The notes under the pieces were generated by a model, which worked only from the letters and a program-made list of their open reading frames with translations, made no database searches and was not told where the DNA came from. From positions 44,581-108,580 of IMG/VR virus record IMGVR_UViG_3300022562_000051: DNA of 64,000 nt; one strand, given 5' to 3'. The translations under genes were made by a program, and so were the position numbers. Each line of letters opens with the position of its first letter. The stretch's first letter is position 1. This DNA is from a virus. Its lineage: Duplodnaviria; Heunggongvirae; Uroviricota; Caudoviricetes. This document shows, piece by piece, positions 39,766 through 48,266 of the stretch.

Positions 39766-41109
39766 ATGTATCTATCAGAAACTTTTAGCAAGAAGTGGGA
39801 GCCGATGCTTGATCATCCTGAACTCCCTAAGATTGCTGACCCTTACAAGCGAGCAGTCACCGCTCTGGTTCTTGAGAATCAGGAAAAGGCAATGCGCGAA
39901 GAAGCGGCAGCATATGGCAACCTGTTCGAAGCAGTGCCTAACGCAGTTGGCGGCGGCATGTCGCCTGTCGTTGGTGGCGAAGGCAACATCAAGGGCTTTG
40001 ACCCTATCCTGATTGGTCTGGTACGCCGTGCGCTGCCTAACCTGATGGCGTATGATGTTTGCGGCGTTCAGCCAATGACCGGTCCTACGGGACTGATCTT
40101 CGCAATGCAGGCTAAGTATGCAAATACTCAGGCATCGTCCAACACTGACCTGATTGGTCGTCCAGAGGCTCTGTACAACGAAGCTAACACTGCATGGGCA
40201 GGCACCGGAACTCATAACGACGTTCTCGGCAGCAACATTGCTAACGTTGTGCTGGCTAACACCGGTACGGGTATGGCAACGTCTGCGGCAGAAGCACTTG
40301 GCACCACCATGGCGGAAATGGGATTCACCATCAGCCGCGTATCGGTTGTTGCTAAGAGCCGTGCGTTGAAGGCACAGTACACCCTTGAGCTTGCACAAGA
40401 CCTCAAGGCAATCCATGGTCTGGACGCGGAAGCCGAGCTTTCCAACATCCTGTCCACGGAAATTCTGGCTGAAATCAACCGCGAAGTCGTTCGCACGATC
40501 TATGCATCTTCGAACGTCGGCGTAACTGGTCTGGCAACGGCACAGTTCAACCTACTCAGCACTGCTGATACCAGTGGTCGTTGGGCGGTTGAGCGTTTCA
40601 AGGGTCTTCTGTTCGCAGTCGAAAAGGCTTGCAACAAGATCGCGAAGGACACGCGCCGTGGTAAGGGCAACATTCTGATCGTCAGCACCGACGTAGCATC
40701 TGCACTTGCTATGACCGGTCTGCTCGACTATCAGGGCGCTCTGACCAACAACACCAACCTGACTGTTGACGATACGGGCAACACCTTCGCGGGTACCCTG
40801 TTCGGACGCATCAAGGTCTACGTTGATCCATACTCGGTAACGGGTGCGGATTTCGTTATCGTCGGCTACAAGGGCAACACGCCTTATGACGCCGGTCTGT
40901 TCTACTGCCCATACGTCCCATTGCAGATGGTACGTGCAATTGACCCTGACACCTTCCAGCCAAAGATTGGCTTCAAGACTCGTTACGGTCTGGTTCAGAA
41001 CCCATTTGCGAACTCGCAGCAGGGCGCTGACACCGCAGTAAGCGGAACGATTGGCAACGGCACGAACACCTACTACCGTAGGTTCCAAGTTGTCGGTCTG
41101 ATCGGATAA
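39766..41109 (+). CDS. gp23: Major capsid protein gp23
   Basis: KWEPMLDH; CGVQPMTGPTGLIFAM; ELAQDLKAIHGLDAEAEL; FYCPYVPL; QPKIGFKTRYG. Confidence 0.98.
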   Translation: MYLSETFSKKWEPMLDHPELPKIADPYKRAVTALVLENQEKAMREEAAAYGNLFEAVPNAVGGGMSPVVGGEGNIKGFDPILIGLVRRALPNLMAYDVCGVQPMTGPTGLIFAMQAKYANTQASSNTDLIGRPEALYNEANTAWAGTGTHNDVLGSNIANVVLANTGTGMATSAAEALGTTMAEMGFTISRVSVVAKSRALKAQYTLELAQDLKAIHGLDAEAELSNILSTEILAEINREVVRTIYASSNVGVTGLATAQFNLLSTADTSGRWAVERFKGLLFAVEKACNKIAKDTRRGKGNILIVSTDVASALAMTGLLDYQGALTNNTNLTVDDTGNTFAGTLFGRIKVYVDPYSVTGADFVIVGYKGNTPYDAGLFYCPYVPLQMVRAIDPDTFQPKIGFKTRYGLVQNPFANSQQGADTAVSGTIGNGTNTYYRRFQVVGLIG

Positions 41110-41151
41110 TAACGATAACTACACAATAACGATAACAATCGTAACTGAACC

Positions 41152-41180
41152 GGGGGAGCCGCAAGGCTCCCCCTTTTTTA
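41152..41180 (+). terminator. Rho-independent terminator after gp23
   Basis: GGGGGAGCC-GCAA-GGCTCCCCC followed by TTTTTT. Confidence 0.9.
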
Positions 41181-41183
41181 TTA

Positions 41184-41191
41184 CCTAAATA
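41184..41191 (+). promoter_or_regulatory. Late promoter (CCTAAATA) for gp3
   Basis: 26 nt before the ATG at 41218. Confidence 0.65.
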
Positions 41192-41217
41192 AAGCATAGG
41201 TCTATTTGGAGCAACCA

Positions 41218-41760
41218 ATGGCAGCAATCACCCGTAATCCTACTAATCGCGACCTGTTGCAAACTACCAAGTTTCGATTGAATTTCAGTCGCCTGCCGGG
41301 AGTCACGTACTTCTGTCAGACTGCCAACCTTCCCGGTATTAGCCTAACGGAAGTTACTTACCCTACGCCGTTCATTGACCTGTTTGTTCCCGGCGAGAAA
41401 GCCATTTATGATACCTTCAATGTCACCTTCATGATCAATGAGGATATGGAAGACTGGATTCAGATTCATGATTGGATTCGGGCTATGACGTTTCCAACCG
41501 ATTTTAAGGAATATGGCGACCTGAAAAGATTGTCTCAAATGTCTTTCAATCAGGCTCGCAATAAGATGCCGCCACAATATGCTGACGGTATTCTGACCAT
41601 ATATTCGAATAAGAACAATCCACGCTTCCGCATTCAGTTTAAAGACTTGTTCCCGACCACCCTAAGTTCAATTCAATTCTCAGCCCTCGACTCAGCCGAA
41701 AACATTCCAACGGCTGACTGTACTTTTAGGTACTCTTATTATAACATCGAAAAGCTTTGA
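41218..41760 (+). CDS. gp3: Tail tube terminator/completion protein gp3
   Basis: YFCQTANLPGISL; FMINEDMEDWIQIHDW; FKDLFPTTLS; position after gp23. Confidence 0.88.
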   Translation: MAAITRNPTNRDLLQTTKFRLNFSRLPGVTYFCQTANLPGISLTEVTYPTPFIDLFVPGEKAIYDTFNVTFMINEDMEDWIQIHDWIRAMTFPTDFKEYGDLKRLSQMSFNQARNKMPPQYADGILTIYSNKNNPRFRIQFKDLFPTTLSSIQFSALDSAENIPTADCTFRYSYYNIEKL

Positions 41761-41785
41761 TTTTTCACACAAACTCTGGTATAAT
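41757..41785 (+). promoter_or_regulatory. sigma70-type promoter for uvsY
   Basis: TTGATT-17-TATAAT with extended TG. Confidence 0.75.
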
Positions 41786-41813
41786 ACTACTTGAATGACC
41801 ACGGAGATTTGCT

Positions 41814-42254
41814 ATGATTCCGACACTTGAAGACTTGATGGATAATTGGGAACGTGATTCGAAGGTGGATTCCACCGAGCCGGGAAAGGAAGTCCTGCGC
41901 GTACCCGTACTTCACAACAAGTATAACAAGTTCCTCTCTCAACACAACCTTGCCTTGAAGAAGTGCGTCATGGACGTAGCCAAGATGCGCAAGCTCAAGT
42001 GGATGTACTACAATGGCAAGCTGACTCAGGAAGAACTTGAGAAGTTTGGTTGGGAGCCGTTTCCATTCACGCTAAAGGCTGACCTCAACATCTATATGGA
42101 TGCTGACGATGATCTTCAACGTCTTAATGCCAAGAAAGCATTGCATGAAGAGTGCGTTTCCTTCTGTACCAATGTCATGAAGGAACTGAACAACCGCACT
42201 TGGCAGCTACGCTCGTTCATGGATTGGGAAAAGTTCATCATGGGTCAGAACTAA
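41814..42254 (+). CDS. uvsY: Recombination mediator UvsY
   Basis: WERDSKVD; LHNKY; KWMYYNGK; YMDADDDL; DWEKF. Confidence 0.9.
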   Translation: MIPTLEDLMDNWERDSKVDSTEPGKEVLRVPVLHNKYNKFLSQHNLALKKCVMDVAKMRKLKWMYYNGKLTQEELEKFGWEPFPFTLKADLNIYMDADDDLQRLNAKKALHEECVSFCTNVMKELNNRTWQLRSFMDWEKFIMGQN

Positions 42255-42257
42255 TGA

Positions 42258-43712
42258 ATGGTAACAATAGAACAGGTTAACAACGTATGGGCTAAAGTCC
42301 ACTGTGAACCGTCCGTAGCACAGGAGCTATCGGACTTTTTCACCTTTTCTGTTCCTAACGCTCACCACTCTAAGAGAAATAACGAGCGCCTGAAATATTG
42401 GGACGGAAAGATTCGCCTGTTCTCCGTTCGAACTCATCAAATCTACGCTGGTCTAATTGACTACGTAGTAGAATTCTGCAAGATCAATGACTATGAGTGT
42501 ACCGTCACTCGGCTGGTATCCGACTTGCAGGATAACCTAAAATTCGCACTACCGAAAAGCCTAAAGATCGAACCGCGTGACTACCAGTTGAATGCAGTCG
42601 CGTATGCTCTATTGAAAGGTAGGGGAATCATTGTTTCTCCTACCGCATCAGGCAAGTCTCTGATCATCTACCTTATTGCTCGTAATCTGTTGGGGCAGGG
42701 TAAGAAGCAGGGACTCCTAATCGTACCGACCACTTCTCTTGTCGAGCAGATGTATACCGACTTCAAGGAATACGGATGGAACGTAGAGAAGCACTGCCAG
42801 CGAGTTTACTATGACTCGGGTGACTCCCGCCAGCCGGATCGCCCACTGGTAATCAGTACATGGCAGTCTATCTATGCCATGCCAAAGGGATACTTCAAGC
42901 AGTTCGACTTTGTGATTGGTGACGAGGCTCATCAGTTCAAGGCTGACTCGCTCAAGAAGATCATGACTAATCTCGTTAATTGTGATTTAAGAATTGGTAC
43001 TACCGGTACTCTTAACTCTGAAAAGGTTAACAAGCTGGTTCTTGAGGGGCTATTCGGTACTGCGAAGAAATTCATCAGCACCAAGGAACTAATTGATAGA
43101 AAACAACTAGCCGATTTCAGTGTAGAGTGTGTTGTTCTCAAGCATCCCGAAGAGGTTTGCAAGAAGATGCGCGGTGCTGAGTATAAGGATGAGATTGACT
43201 ACCTGATCGGCTGTCAGAGCAGGAACTATTTCCTGAGAAACTTAGCAATAAAACTTGACGGTAACTCTCTGTTCCTATATACTTATGTAGATAAGCACGG
43301 AAAGATATTGTATGATCTTTTCCGTGATACGATAGATCACCAGAGAAAGATTTTCTTCGTCTGTGGAAACACAGACGTTGATGACCGGGAACAAGTTCGT
43401 AAATTGACGGAGCAAGAATCCAATGCCATCATCATCGCAAGCTACGGAACATTTTCTACCGGTATCAATATTCGCAACCTTCATAATGTGGTGTTTACTA
43501 GCCCAACTAAAAGCAGAATACGAACGTTACAGTCTATCGGAAGAGGACTTAGGTTGGGAGATAACAAGGAAAAAGCCACCCTTTACGATATCGCGGATGA
43601 CTTGAGATACAAGTCTTACGTGAATTACACCCTGCAACATTATGAAGAACGTGTCAAGATGTATAGTGAAGAACGATTCCCATTCAGAATTCACAACATA
43701 GGAATACGCTAA
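42258..43712 (+). CDS. uvsW: SF2 helicase UvsW
   Basis: WDGKIRLF; SPTASGKS; GDEAH; QSIGRGLR. Confidence 0.96.
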   Translation: MVTIEQVNNVWAKVHCEPSVAQELSDFFTFSVPNAHHSKRNNERLKYWDGKIRLFSVRTHQIYAGLIDYVVEFCKINDYECTVTRLVSDLQDNLKFALPKSLKIEPRDYQLNAVAYALLKGRGIIVSPTASGKSLIIYLIARNLLGQGKKQGLLIVPTTSLVEQMYTDFKEYGWNVEKHCQRVYYDSGDSRQPDRPLVISTWQSIYAMPKGYFKQFDFVIGDEAHQFKADSLKKIMTNLVNCDLRIGTTGTLNSEKVNKLVLEGLFGTAKKFISTKELIDRKQLADFSVECVVLKHPEEVCKKMRGAEYKDEIDYLIGCQSRNYFLRNLAIKLDGNSLFLYTYVDKHGKILYDLFRDTIDHQRKIFFVCGNTDVDDREQVRKLTEQESNAIIIASYGTFSTGINIRNLHNVVFTSPTKSRIRTLQSIGRGLRLGDNKEKATLYDIADDLRYKSYVNYTLQHYEERVKMYSEERFPFRIHNIGIR

Positions 43713-44116
43713 TGCATCAGCCAACGGATACTCTAGTCCCAAAGTTCTATAAGCTCACCACTGGTGAGGACATTGTTGCATACGAACTTGAAGACACAGA
43801 AACACACATTCTAATCAAGCAACCCATGGCAATTGTCATTGAAAATAATTTCATGGCTGCAAAGCAACTCCTGAACGTGCGTGAATGGATTCCACCCATC
43901 GTTGCCAAGAACGATCAGGTTAATCTGCCTAAGACTTTAATTATGTTCTCGTTGGAAGTGAACGACGAGTTCAAGCATGAGTTCGCAACTGTCGTTAGCT
44001 ATTTTTATGGCGTTGCGCCAGTTAAGAAAAGACCGAAGAGAGAACGGGTTGGTAGTGAGGATAAGAACGTAATTCCGTTTACGGTTGTAAAGGATGACAG
44101 TGGTAAGGTTCATTAA
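43712..44116 (+). CDS. Conserved T4-like hypothetical protein between uvsW and gp55 (Sm-like)
   Basis: FYKLTTGEDIVA...IKQPMAI...EWIP; synteny. Confidence 0.7.
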   Translation: MHQPTDTLVPKFYKLTTGEDIVAYELEDTETHILIKQPMAIVIENNFMAAKQLLNVREWIPPIVAKNDQVNLPKTLIMFSLEVNDEFKHEFATVVSYFYGVAPVKKRPKRERVGSEDKNVIPFTVVKDDSGKVH

Positions 44117-44162
44117 TCCTTTACTAAATGATTACATCTATTCATTCATTCGCTACACGCTC

Positions 44163-44191
44163 ATTATACAAACCAAACGAGGGCTTGTCAA
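44163..44191 (-). promoter_or_regulatory. Perfect sigma70 consensus promoter on the minus strand in the gp55 leader
   Basis: The reverse complement reads TTGACA-17 nt-TATAAT. Confidence 0.65.
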
Positions 44192-44203
44192 GTTTAAATC
44201 ATT

Positions 44204-44731
44204 ATGGCTAAAACAAATTATATTGATAACAAGAAATTCCTAAAGGAAATGGTGACTTACAGAAGAGCCGTCCGCAAGGCGAAACGCGAGGGACTGCCGA
44301 AACCGCGCATCCCCGAATACGTGGGCGAGTGCTTCATGAAGATCGCGGAGAACCTGTCACATAAACCTAATTTCTTGTCCTACACCTTTCGCGAGGAAAT
44401 GATAAGTGATGCTATAGAGAACTGCGTCATGTACGCGGATAACTTTAATCCAGCGAAATCCAAGAATCCATTTGCCTATTTTACTCAGATCGTGTATTAT
44501 GCTTTCTTGAGGCGCATTCAACGCGAGAAAAAGCAGTTGTATGTGAAGTATAAGTCTACTGAGATACATGGAGTCTTAGACGAGTTTGACCAGTTGGACG
44601 ATGGCGACGGAAATAATCGGCAGTTCGAAATGTACGAGAACATCAGTGAGTTCATTCAGAACTTCGAAGATGCCAAGGCTCGCAAGAAAGCGAAGCAGAA
44701 GTTGAACCTCGACAAGTTTATAGATGACTAA
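44204..44731 (+). CDS. gp55: Late-transcription sigma factor gp55
   Basis: NYIDNKKFL; YVGECFMKIAENLSHKPNF; KSKNPFAYFTQI. Confidence 0.96.
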   Translation: MAKTNYIDNKKFLKEMVTYRRAVRKAKREGLPKPRIPEYVGECFMKIAENLSHKPNFLSYTFREEMISDAIENCVMYADNFNPAKSKNPFAYFTQIVYYAFLRRIQREKKQLYVKYKSTEIHGVLDEFDQLDDGDGNNRQFEMYENISEFIQNFEDAKARKKAKQKLNLDKFIDD

Positions 44732-44867
44732 ATCCATTCGCAAGAAACAGAAGACACTTCGCAGACACGCCAAGCCGGGAGATTACCATGCACAGTCTCC
44801 CGGCTACTGGCGTCGGGAATTACGCAGACGAGACAGGATGAACGATGAAAATAGCCATACTCGGTGA
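44724..44867 (+). CDS. Possible small Arg/Lys-rich peptide (47 aa)
   Basis: MTKSIRKKQKTLRRHAKPGDYHAQSPGYWRRELRRRDRMNDENSHTR fills the gp55-gp47 gap and overlaps both genes. It contains a 10-bp hairpin. Confidence 0.35.
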   Translation: MTKSIRKKQKTLRRHAKPGDYHAQSPGYWRRELRRRDRMNDENSHTR

Positions 44868-45909
44868 TACACACTTTGGCATGAGGAATGACAATCAGGC
44901 ATTCCATGACCTATACAAACGGTTCTATACGGAGACATTCTTTCCCTATCTGAAAGAGCATGGCATCGGACATGTGATTCAGCTAGGCGACCTGTTTGAT
45001 CGTCGCAAGTACATCAATTTCAATACGCTCAAGCAGGCGCGGGATTACTTCTTTAATCCCCTCAAGGAACAGGGTATCGTCATGGACACGATCCTTGGCA
45101 ATCACGATATCTACTACAAGAACACACTGGAAGTGAATTCCACCACGATGCTGCTCGCTGAGTACGACAATGTTCATGTCTGCCGCGAACCAGTACAGGT
45201 TGACTTCGGTAATGGTGCGGTGTTCGATTACATTCCATGGATATGCGAAGAGAATGAAGCGCAGATCAAGGAATACATCAAGAATTCCAAGAGTCCGTAT
45301 TGCGTCGGTCACTTCGAACTGACTGGCTTCGAAATGGATCGTGGCAACATCTGCTATGGTGGATGGGATGCGCACTATCTCTCCAACTATGATGCGGTCC
45401 TGAGTGGTCACTTTCACCATCGTTCGCAGATTGGTAACATCCTGTATTGTGGTAGTCCCGGTGAGATTACGTGGGCAGACTATGATGATCCGCGTGGATT
45501 CCACACCTTCGATACCAAGACGCATGAAGTGGAGTTCATTCGCAATCCACATACGATCTTCCGCAAGATTGTCTATAACGACGATGAATTGTATTTCGAT
45601 GATGTGGCTAAGAAAGATTTCAGTGAGTACACAGGCAAGTATCTCAAGGTGGTCGTTTCGAAGAAAACCAATACATTCCTCTTTGAGACATTCGTTGATC
45701 GGCTGAATTCGTTTAATCCGCTGGATGTTACCATCGTTGAGAATTTCAATGAGGAACTTGGTGCAGATGGCGAGGAATTAGACGAAGCCGAGGATACCAT
45801 GTCAATTATTGACAAAGTGGTAGATGGGCTGGAAATGGACTTGCAAAAGCCGCGCTTAAAGAGTATACTAAGGGAAGTGTATACGGAAGCACTCGCGATT
45901 GAATCATGA
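44845..45909 (+). CDS. gp47: Recombination nuclease gp47 (Mre11/SbcD-like)
   Basis: GDTHFG; LGDLFDRRK; GNHD; SGHFH. Confidence 0.95.
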   Translation: MKIAILGDTHFGMRNDNQAFHDLYKRFYTETFFPYLKEHGIGHVIQLGDLFDRRKYINFNTLKQARDYFFNPLKEQGIVMDTILGNHDIYYKNTLEVNSTTMLLAEYDNVHVCREPVQVDFGNGAVFDYIPWICEENEAQIKEYIKNSKSPYCVGHFELTGFEMDRGNICYGGWDAHYLSNYDAVLSGHFHHRSQIGNILYCGSPGEITWADYDDPRGFHTFDTKTHEVEFIRNPHTIFRKIVYNDDELYFDDVAKKDFSEYTGKYLKVVVSKKTNTFLFETFVDRLNSFNPLDVTIVENFNEELGADGEELDEAEDTMSIIDKVVDGLEMDLQKPRLKSILREVYTEALAIES

Positions 45910-47618
45910 TTGTATTTAAAAAGGTCCGGTGGAAGAACTTTCTCTCCACCGGAAATAATTTCATTGAGATTGATCTTAATCTCCACCCCAATACTCTAAT
46001 TGTGGGCGAGAATGGTGCGGGTAAGTCTACCGTATTAGACGCACTGACCTTCGGCTTGTTCAATAAGCCATTCCGTAATATCAATAAGCCTCAGATCGTC
46101 AACTCCATCAACAGCAAGGACTGTCTGGTTGAAGTTGAATTTGACGTTGGCTCCAAGAGATATCTGCTGCGCCGTGGAATCAAGCCTAATATCTTTGAGA
46201 TTCACTGCGACGATAAGTTGGTCAATCAGGATTCCAAGGCGCGTGACTATCAGGATATGCTGGAACGCATGATCCTCAAGATGAACTACAAGTCATTCAC
46301 GCAGATCGTGATCCTTGGTAGTGCATCGTTCACACCATTCATGCAGTTGCCAGCCGCAGATCGTAGGGCTGTTATCGAAGACCTTCTCGACATTCAGATT
46401 TTCTCCAAGATGAATGTGATCGTCAAGGATCGGCTTGCTGAAATCAAGAACGAGCTTAATGAAATCAAGATTCGACTTGAAGCAGTCAAGGAAAAGATCG
46501 CTCTACACAAGAAGCATATTGAAGACCTCAAGCGCAACAATCAGGAAATGATTGACGCGAAGAGAAAACAGATTGAGGAAGCCAAGCACCAGATCATTGC
46601 GCTGGAAACCGAGGCTATTCAACTGAACTCAAAAGTAGTTCAATTGACCTCTAAAATAGGTCATGAAGGTGGGTTGCTTGCCAAGCAGAAAAAGCTGCTG
46701 ACCTACGAGACTCGCATCGAATCCAACAAGCGCAAGGTTGAGAAGGAAATTGAATTCTACCACGATAATGATTCCTGCCCGACATGCAAGCAATCTATAG
46801 ATGCTGACTATAAAGCTGATAGAATCAAGTCATGCTCAGAATCGGTCAAGGAATTCGATGCCGGTCTAAATAAATTAAGTGGTGAAATGTATGCCGTCGC
46901 GGAAGAACTCAAAGCAATCTCCAAAATCACAGCCGAAATACAGTCTGTGGGAAGGGATATTGCTAACACCAATAGTTCTATTGTTCACAATAGACGGTAC
47001 GTTGATATACTTGAACAAGAAATTAGGGGACTTAGCGGCAACAAGCTTGTCTCTGGTGACACCGAAGACCAGTCCCAAAAACTCTTCGATGAACTCACCG
47101 GATACATCGAAAGGCGCAAGAAAGTCTCGGACGAAAAAGAGTACCTAGATATTGCAGCGCAGCTATTGAAGGATGGTGGTATCAAGACCCGTATCATTCG
47201 GCAGTATCTACCTATCATCAATAAGCTGGTAAACAAGTACCTCGCAGCCATGGATTTCTTTGTCAATTTCCATATGGACGAGGAATTCAAGGAAGTGATT
47301 AAGTCGAGGCATCGTGATGATTTCTCGTACAGTAATTTCTCCGAGGGAGAGAAGCAGAAGATTGACCTTGCGTTGATGTTGACTTGGCGAGCTATTGCAC
47401 GTATCAAGAATAGCGTGAACACGAACCTGTTGATTCTGGACGAGACATTTGACTCAAGTCTGGACACTAAGGGAACTGACGCGCTGCTGGATATTCTGCA
47501 TCAGATGCCAGAGAACACTAATATCTTTGTAATTAGTCACAAGGATCAGTTGCACGATAAGTTTAACCAGTCTCTCAGGTTTGAGAAGAAACAAAACTTT
47601 AGCAGGATAGTACAATGA
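45906..47618 (+). CDS. gp46: Recombination ATPase gp46 (Rad50/SbcC-like)
   Basis: GENGAGKST; CPTC zinc hook; FSEGEKQKI; LILDE. Confidence 0.96.
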   Translation: MIVFKKVRWKNFLSTGNNFIEIDLNLHPNTLIVGENGAGKSTVLDALTFGLFNKPFRNINKPQIVNSINSKDCLVEVEFDVGSKRYLLRRGIKPNIFEIHCDDKLVNQDSKARDYQDMLERMILKMNYKSFTQIVILGSASFTPFMQLPAADRRAVIEDLLDIQIFSKMNVIVKDRLAEIKNELNEIKIRLEAVKEKIALHKKHIEDLKRNNQEMIDAKRKQIEEAKHQIIALETEAIQLNSKVVQLTSKIGHEGGLLAKQKKLLTYETRIESNKRKVEKEIEFYHDNDSCPTCKQSIDADYKADRIKSCSESVKEFDAGLNKLSGEMYAVAEELKAISKITAEIQSVGRDIANTNSSIVHNRRYVDILEQEIRGLSGNKLVSGDTEDQSQKLFDELTGYIERRKKVSDEKEYLDIAAQLLKDGGIKTRIIRQYLPIINKLVNKYLAAMDFFVNFHMDEEFKEVIKSRHRDDFSYSNFSEGEKQKIDLALMLTWRAIARIKNSVNTNLLILDETFDSSLDTKGTDALLDILHQMPENTNIFVISHKDQLHDKFNQSLRFEKKQNFSRIVQ

Positions 47619-48196
47619 GCAAAAAGATTAAGTTCGTAGATGGCAACATGGTCGAGTACGAAATCCTCAATCTGGTGGATCAGTACAATTCCATTTTGCG
47701 TGAGCCGACCAAGGAAGTAGACTTTGATCAGGTGCCGGGGCAACAGGTGGCTTACCTAGCCATGTCTCTGATGGAATCGCTCAAGCATCATCAGGGCATG
47801 GGATTGTCCGCGAATCAGGTTGGACTCGCCGTGCGCATGTGTGCAATTGATGTGGGTGATGAAGGCAAGATTTACTGCCTGATCAATCCTCGCATTCTTG
47901 CACAGTCCGAGACAATGCAGAAAGTCAACGAGGGATGCCTGTCGTTCCCCGGTTTGTTCCTCACCATCGAAAGACCTGATTGGGTTGAGATTGAGTTTCA
48001 GGCGGCGAACGGTGACAAACTGACCAAGCGATTCGAAGGTATCTACGCAACGTGCGTTTTGCATGAGTTGGATCACCTTGACGGGATCACATTCACTACT
48101 CGCGTGTCGAGCGTCAAGCTGGACATGGCACGGCGCAAAGTCAAGCAAAACCTTAAGAAAATGAAGAAGATAAGAGAGCATCTCGCAAGTGCTTGA
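47615..48196 (+). CDS. def: Peptide deformylase
   Basis: GMGLSANQVG; EGCLSFP; HELDHL. Confidence 0.95.
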   Translation: MSKKIKFVDGNMVEYEILNLVDQYNSILREPTKEVDFDQVPGQQVAYLAMSLMESLKHHQGMGLSANQVGLAVRMCAIDVGDEGKIYCLINPRILAQSETMQKVNEGCLSFPGLFLTIERPDWVEIEFQAANGDKLTKRFEGIYATCVLHELDHLDGITFTTRVSSVKLDMARRKVKQNLKKMKKIREHLASA

Positions 48197-48245
48197 TTCT
48201 TAAAGGCTTTTGGGGGTTGCTTTTTGCTTGTAAATACCCCATACT
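48187..48245 (+). promoter_or_regulatory. Promoter with upstream AAGTGCTTGATT box
   Basis: Box at 48187; TTGCTT at 48217, 17 nt, CATACT. Confidence 0.6.
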
Positions 48246-48266
48246 GGTAATACAGTAGAGGGTACT

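Noticed and set aside
30457-41109. Stop-codon reassignment, or introns/inteins in core genes
   Set aside because: Conserved genes end at TAG (gp17), TGA (gp21) and TAA at expected lengths. gp17, gp20 and gp23 show no insertions.
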